Below, one piece after another: positions 58,440-64,000 of a stretch of 64,000 nt of DNA. A program made the translations under genes and the position numbers. Within the stretch, counting starts at the first letter, position 1; each line of letters starts with the position of its first letter. Source of the DNA: Tubiluchus corallicola (Eukaryota > Animalia > Priapulida); the NCBI GenBank assembly GCA_030141605.1, contig JAQGDQ010000366.1, forward strand, positions 124,537-188,536, read 5' to 3'. The notes under the pieces were generated by a model. That model saw only the letters and a list, made by a program, of their open reading frames with translations. It ran no database searches and was not told the origin of the DNA.

Positions 58440-61400
58440 ATAACTAGTGTGAGTTTACCCAATCTGAAGACTATACACTTTTTTAATTACTCCTAGTGTT
58501 TCCATTCGTGTCAGTTCTTCCTCCAATTATCCATGTAGTGCAATGGGCCGTTGCGACATGGATGTACCACTCCAGGCGGCTTCACATTTTTATCAACTGC
58601 TACGCTATGTAGAGCTGGCAAGCATCCTAAACTGATAAAAACATATGCAAACTCCTCCTTGAGCTCTACATACTCCTGGTATCTTTCACCACTATCTGTG
58701 GTGTGGCTGGTTTCTTCTAGCAGATAAACTTGTTTCAGTATTCCTCGCTGTTCATCTGCATCACTGCCAAGTATAGGTATCAAATGGCATTAATGCACCA
58801 TTCAATTGATTAAATACGAATAAGAAAAAGTAAGCCAACGAATTAAACAATACATCAGTAGTGAAATTAATGCACTATTCAATTGATTACATACGAATAA
58901 GAAAAAGTAAGCCAACGAATTAAACAATACATCAGTAGTGAAATTAATGCACTATTCAATTGATTAAATACGAATAAGAAAAAGTAAGCCAACGAATTAA
59001 ACAATACATCAGTGGAATATCTTAACTCTAATAATAAACAAATTATACGTAATATAGTGAAAAAATAACAAACACCAAATTTATCTGAAAAATGGGCCAA
59101 AAAATTGTTAAAATACTTAATAAAAGTGACTTTTATTAAATATTTCAACAACTAATTTGAAAAAAACAAGCTTATAGGTGAGGTAATATGATAACGTAAA
59201 ATGTACATTATACAAAAAATCATGTGATTACATATATAACTGATTTTAGAAAAATGTGCGAGGTTGTAGATGAGACAAGTAATATGATAACGAAATTACA
59301 TGATATCATTACAGATGTAATATATTGACAATATAATGCAATGTAAAAATATGAATTGAAAGCATGGCTCGGTATACTGGACAACAGTGAGATGGAGGAA
59401 CTGAGGGCAGCCCGGCTTATCCAATAGGAACGAATGATTCGCCATCGCCGGGCTGAGGGCATCGATTGGGTTTCTTACGAGTCTCTGCTGTTTTTACGAG
59501 TTTGTAAATGAAATCTGAATGAAATGTCACTAGACAAAACCATATGACGATAACGAAATATTAAAAATGTTTTAAATGACGATGATGGTAATGAGGTAGT
59601 TCTAGATGAAGGATGTTAATAAGTTGCAAATGACGAAGATAGTAATGAGGCGGTTCTAGCTAGAGGGTGTTAATAAATTGTACAGGACTCATCGGAGTCC
59701 TGTAGAGGGGAGGGGAACGCTAATCCCAAATACAGACGCAGTGGCGGCTCGTGGATAAGTACTACGGAACTGCAGCACCCCCTATTTTCACTCGATAGTA
59801 TAGACGTACTCTGTTTCCGCACATATACAAAGAAAGAACTAGAGAATAAGAGGGTAGTGCTGTTTGTTTCACAGCCCAACAGAGTACGCTTCTGTACACA
59901 TGTCTGAGCCCAGGTAGAGAAAGTACTGTCGCTCACACAGAGCACGTGAGGGTAGTGCTGTTTGTTTCACAGCCCAACAGAGTACGCTCCAGCAACACTG
60001 TGAACTAGAGAACAAGAGGGTAGTGCTGTTTGTTTCACAACCCAACAGAGTACGCTTCTGTACATATGTCTGAGCCCAGGTAGAGAAAGTACTGAAATTT
60101 TTATCAGCTGCTACGCTATGTAGAGCTGGCAAGCATCCTAAACTGATAAAAACATATGCAAACTCCTCCTTGAGCTCTACATACTCCTGGTATCTTTCAC
60201 CACTATCTGTGATGCGGCTGGTTTCTTCTAGCAGATAAACTTGTTTCAGTATTCCTCGCTGTTCATCTGCATCACCGCCAAGTATAGGCACCAATTCCGT
60301 TTGGCTACTAAAAACTATATTTTCTCTGCCTCTGTGATTGATATGCAATATAGGTATGTGACCTCCTATATGCGACGTAATTCTATGAGCAGAATGCAAT
60401 TTTGATCATTTCTTCAACCTTTAGAAATCATCTTCTGGTAAATATTTAAGTGTGATCCAATGTCTTATTTCATTTGCACCTCCACTCCATGAAAGTCCAT
60501 TCGTATCATTTATTTTGACTGTGACGCTGAGCTACGGATCTCATTAACGAACAAATGATTTACTTCCTCATCTCTACTCTGATTGCCGTCACTAGAGCAA
60601 GTAAAATCCTGATCAGTAGTATGTACAACTGCTCTGCACACACTAGCAAAATGTTTTGTTTTCCATACTAGAAGCAACTTTTGCAATAAACCGGACATTT
60701 AAATTCGGCATGAGTCGATCCACAAAACTTGTATTTGTTCTGATTTCATTCCATAAAGTTAGTTCTCTTTTTAACTCTACAGGCAATTGTTGTTGCTGTT
60801 TGAAGGTTTTATATGCTGGTTTTTAGTTTTATCCAGAGCCAGTTCTTGCACCGATATTGGCATAATTTCCCTTGCTTGGGCTTTAGTGGCTTGTGCAGCA
60901 TGACACGTATCTAGGCATTTTGACAATGTTAAGTCATCCTCTCGTAAAAGTCTTTCTTTCAGTGCAGGAGGTGCTGTACACATGATCCATTCGCTTATTA
61001 ACGAGTCATGCATATCTCCAAAGGCACAGTCTTTTAGCCTTAGGTGGTTTAAGTACTGTTCGATGGTCTCCCCTTCCTTGCTGTCACTTGTGAAAAATTT
61101 ATGGCTGTCATAGATTTCATTAGTTATATATGTTTATTGACTGATTAAGAGATAGTGGAACATGATATTTTGGTTCAGTCCATAGTTCACTACAAAAAAG
61201 GACTTTTGATCATATAACATGATCCAAGAATAGCTAAAGAATTATTTACAAATTATCACTACACACTCACAAAAATCGCTAAAAAGTTATTTACAAATTC
61301 ACAATATGACTTTGGATTTCCATTGAAAAGTTCATACAGCTCATTGAAGTTCAGTTCAGTGTTATTTTCACGAAGTGATTTAAAGTGAAGATACAGTCTA

Positions 61401-62200
61401 ACCTCGTTATCTCGCCACTGTCCATCTAGGGCAAATTTTTGGCGAGAGGCGAGTATGGCGAGATAATGGGAATATAACGAAGTTAGTCTATATGTATATA
61501 CATACTGTACATAATAGTTGATTAACATAGTGTTCCTCTATGTACATATAAAATATATTTCGCATTATGATACCAATCAACATTAAATCAAAAATGAAAA
61601 AATGTCATTTTGGCTCACAGTGTTTCCGAAATCTGTGTAAAATTATGTCTGGATTCACCCTATCATCATCGTCCAGACCCTATGAGTTGAAGATTTTTAG
61701 GCCGTCTTGGCCTATCCAGTCCATACAAGGTGTATTTATTCCTGATAAATCTCCCATTATTTCTTGGCACTGAGTTTCATTGAAGCAATTATACGTAGCG
61801 TTTAAAATTATTGTACAGACAACATAGTTCGTAGTAAGCTATTGCGTCGCACACTGTAGAAGTGTACATAAAAGTTTGCTGTTTTACTCACTGACGTGCC
61901 CTCACTTGCTATGTCAAGACTTCAAGTTCACTGTCTCGGAAAACCAGTTGTTTTTTTTTTGCGCACAGATCTGACCGTCGGGGCTTTCGCACTACTTTCG
62001 CGGGAACGTGCCAACGTAGTCTCCTGCTGAGAGTCCGTGCGTTTACAGCTATGCCTTTCTGATATTAAACTTCCTTGAAAACTGGTATTTCTCTCAGCTT
62101 CCCGGTGTTTGGCAGTGTAAGTCCGTTTCCACTGGCTGCCACCATGTAATATTATGTACTAGAACACAGTATTTATATGTAAATTTCCTTTTTTTGTTCA
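58440..62200 (-). mobile_element. Fragmented, rearranged Gypsy LTR retrotransposon (LTR end, PBS, gag, protease, start of RT)
   Basis: ..TTACA|TGGTGGCAGC PBS-like at 62144-62135; gag WIGQDGLKIFNS..FRKHCEPK|TNEIYDSHKFF..GETIEQYL..LKERLLREDDLTLSKC; knuckles; PILG..EEFAYVF..LGCLP..PGVVHPCR. Confidence 0.8.
58791..59012. repeat. 77-bp tandem repeat, ~2.9 copies
   Basis: TAATGCAC(T/C)ATTCAATTGATT..GCCAACGAATTAAACAATACATCAGT at 58791, 58868 and 58945. Confidence 0.85.
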
Positions 62201-62669
62201 GGATTAAGACAAAACAGTTTTCGCTTCAGAGACATCATGTAAAGTTGCTCACACTTTGTGGAAACTCAAACTTAAACGCAGCTTTGGTGTTATAGAGTAA
62301 GGATATCGGTGACGCTTTAGTTTCTCTGCGCATTAACCAACCACAGCACTCCTAATCTAATCCTGGTGAGACACACACTAGATTAATTATGTCTGTCTAT
62401 CGAGTACAGCAGCATTGTCTACATACCGCGGTTATATTGATCGACACACGGTATATGTATTGATCGATTCACCTCTGAATTTGTCTGTTTGGCAACATAA
62501 CGAATATAGTTTACATAAGCACTCATCCTAGCATGACATGGTGAGGGCGAGAAGCGAGGGTGGCGACTTAACGAGGTAAATATCAAAGCAGGAAATCCAT
62601 CCTGGTTCTTTCTATGGTGAGAGACGAGTTTGGCGGCATAACGAGGGGCGAGATAACGAGGTTAGACTG
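61394..62669. mobile_element. Inverted copy of the 34438-35059 MITE, split into 61394-61608 and 62298-62669
   Basis: TA|CAGTCTAACCTCGTTATCTCGCC ... GGCGAGATAACGAGGTTAGACTG|TA; both halves are near-identical to the reverse complement of 34438-35059. Confidence 0.88.
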
Positions 62670-63164
62670 TACATACAGTACTGTTTGAAAGTGTGGTAAA
62701 GAGTTTTCCCTCAGTTCTCAAATTTAAGCCTTTTGAAATTCTCTTCTTCTTCTGCAAAATTTCCTTTTAACTGCAATGGCGATGGAGGTTTGAACTTCAA
62801 GTTGGTTGCTATAGTATTGTGGCGTTTCGTTTTGTCCTCCAGCAGCTACTGTTTGTGTGAACTTCTTACAGTTTATTTCTGTCACCTCGTGTTGATGTCA
62901 GAATTACAGTATTGCAAAAGCAAGCTAGTCCGCTGAAAGTTGAAACTAGGCATTATTATTTATGAAATCACTATTTATTTAAACACTAAATACTTTCATG
63001 TCGATGTCCAGCTCCACACACAAAGCAAGGCTGCATGTCTTCGGTTGCTATAAAACTAAGTGTGGATGACTGCACAGCACCACCTATAATTAAGCTACAT
63101 AATTAACATCACAGTTATATTGCCATACGCTTTACAGTTGCACGCTGTATATATATATATCTCA

Positions 63165-63184
63165 GTAACTCAGAAATTCAGGCA

Positions 63185-63218
<34 letters not shown>

Positions 63219-63238
63219 TGCCTGAATTTCTGAGTTAC
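63165..63238. repeat. Perfect 74-bp palindrome centred on (AT)15
   Basis: GTAACTCAGAAATTCAGGCATG-(AT)15-CATGCCTGAATTTCTGAGTTAC. Confidence 0.9.
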
Positions 63239-63503
63239 ATGTACATGTATCATAAAAGCTTAAAAAATTTTGTTAAGATGTTCTTAAAAGATGCTCCACT
63301 TATTACTTCTCACTTTAATCATGCACTTTAATATTAATGCATGATGTATAGTCCCCTTCTGGCACTACACGCCGTCATCTCCTTGGAATTTATTAAACAG
63401 TAAGGCTTTGGCAGGTTGTGTTCATGGACTTTCCTCCTGACAAGATTTTTAAAAATGAAAGTGTAGGGTTAAATTCCTGTATCATTCTCGGGTTTGATAT
63501 TAA

Positions 63504-64000
63504 CCCTTTCATACCCATTGTATCCCGTGGGATACAACAATATTTTCTGTCTTTAAAATGAATAAAGTTTTAAAACTGACAGTTATTTGATCTGTTAATA
63601 GTTATTTTGATTTAAGCCAATAACAATAGACTAAAAATGGTGATAAAATGTCAAACAAGAAAATCTACATAGCATTAAAACCTGCTATTCCGTCAGCACT
63701 TACTAAGTGCTCAAATACAATGTTTTGCCAATTTTTTTAGATTTTTTACTTTCTTTACTGGCTTTTTATGATTTAGACAAACTTATGTGTAATTTTCTTG
63801 CATTTTTATGCACTTTTGAAGTCAAATTCTCGAATGCCGACTCTATACTGTGATGCTTTAGTACGAATTTAAGAATTTCTTGCAATGTTTTTTTTGATTT
63901 GTTCATGTTGCAATTGTTATTCATTTTGGCATTGCAAAGGTGTTGCTATATTTACAATATTTTGATACTGCTTTGTTATTAGTATGCACAATTTTACACA
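63504..64000. mobile_element. Possible left end of a piggyBac-like non-autonomous element
   Basis: TTAA|CCCTTTCATACCC start; the other end is not in the window. Confidence 0.35.

Overview
AT-rich eukaryotic (metazoan, probably invertebrate) genomic DNA with spliceosomal introns; most long six-frame ORFs are artefacts of tandem repeats. Two real genes converge. (1) The 3' part of a cysteine string protein gene (DNAJC5/CSP, + strand) has exons at 2014-2166, 6255-6386 and 16129-16290, plus a candidate cassette exon at 12834-12947 and a possible extra terminal exon at 18531-18560. Its introns are packed with unrelated minisatellites. (2) A complete 14-exon ZC3H4/ZC3H6 (Su(sable)-like) CCCH zinc-finger gene (- strand, 26091-39259, about 1333 aa by my exon joining) contains a U12-type intron and an NQGPG heptad-repeat region. 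The rest is a dense field of MITEs (Tc1/pogo, hAT, PIF/Harbinger, TTAA-flanked) and decayed LTR, LINE and hAT fragments. The highlight is a 476-bp internally deleted RTE retroposon (49759-50234, -) with an 18-bp TSD, whose 5' end is a twister ribozyme starting at the self-cleavage site. Other notable items are a MITE-derived 122-bp satellite with its unamplified relative nearby, and an interdigitated Gypsy/MITE rearrangement near 61-62.7 kb. All calls were read by eye; no database searches were run.
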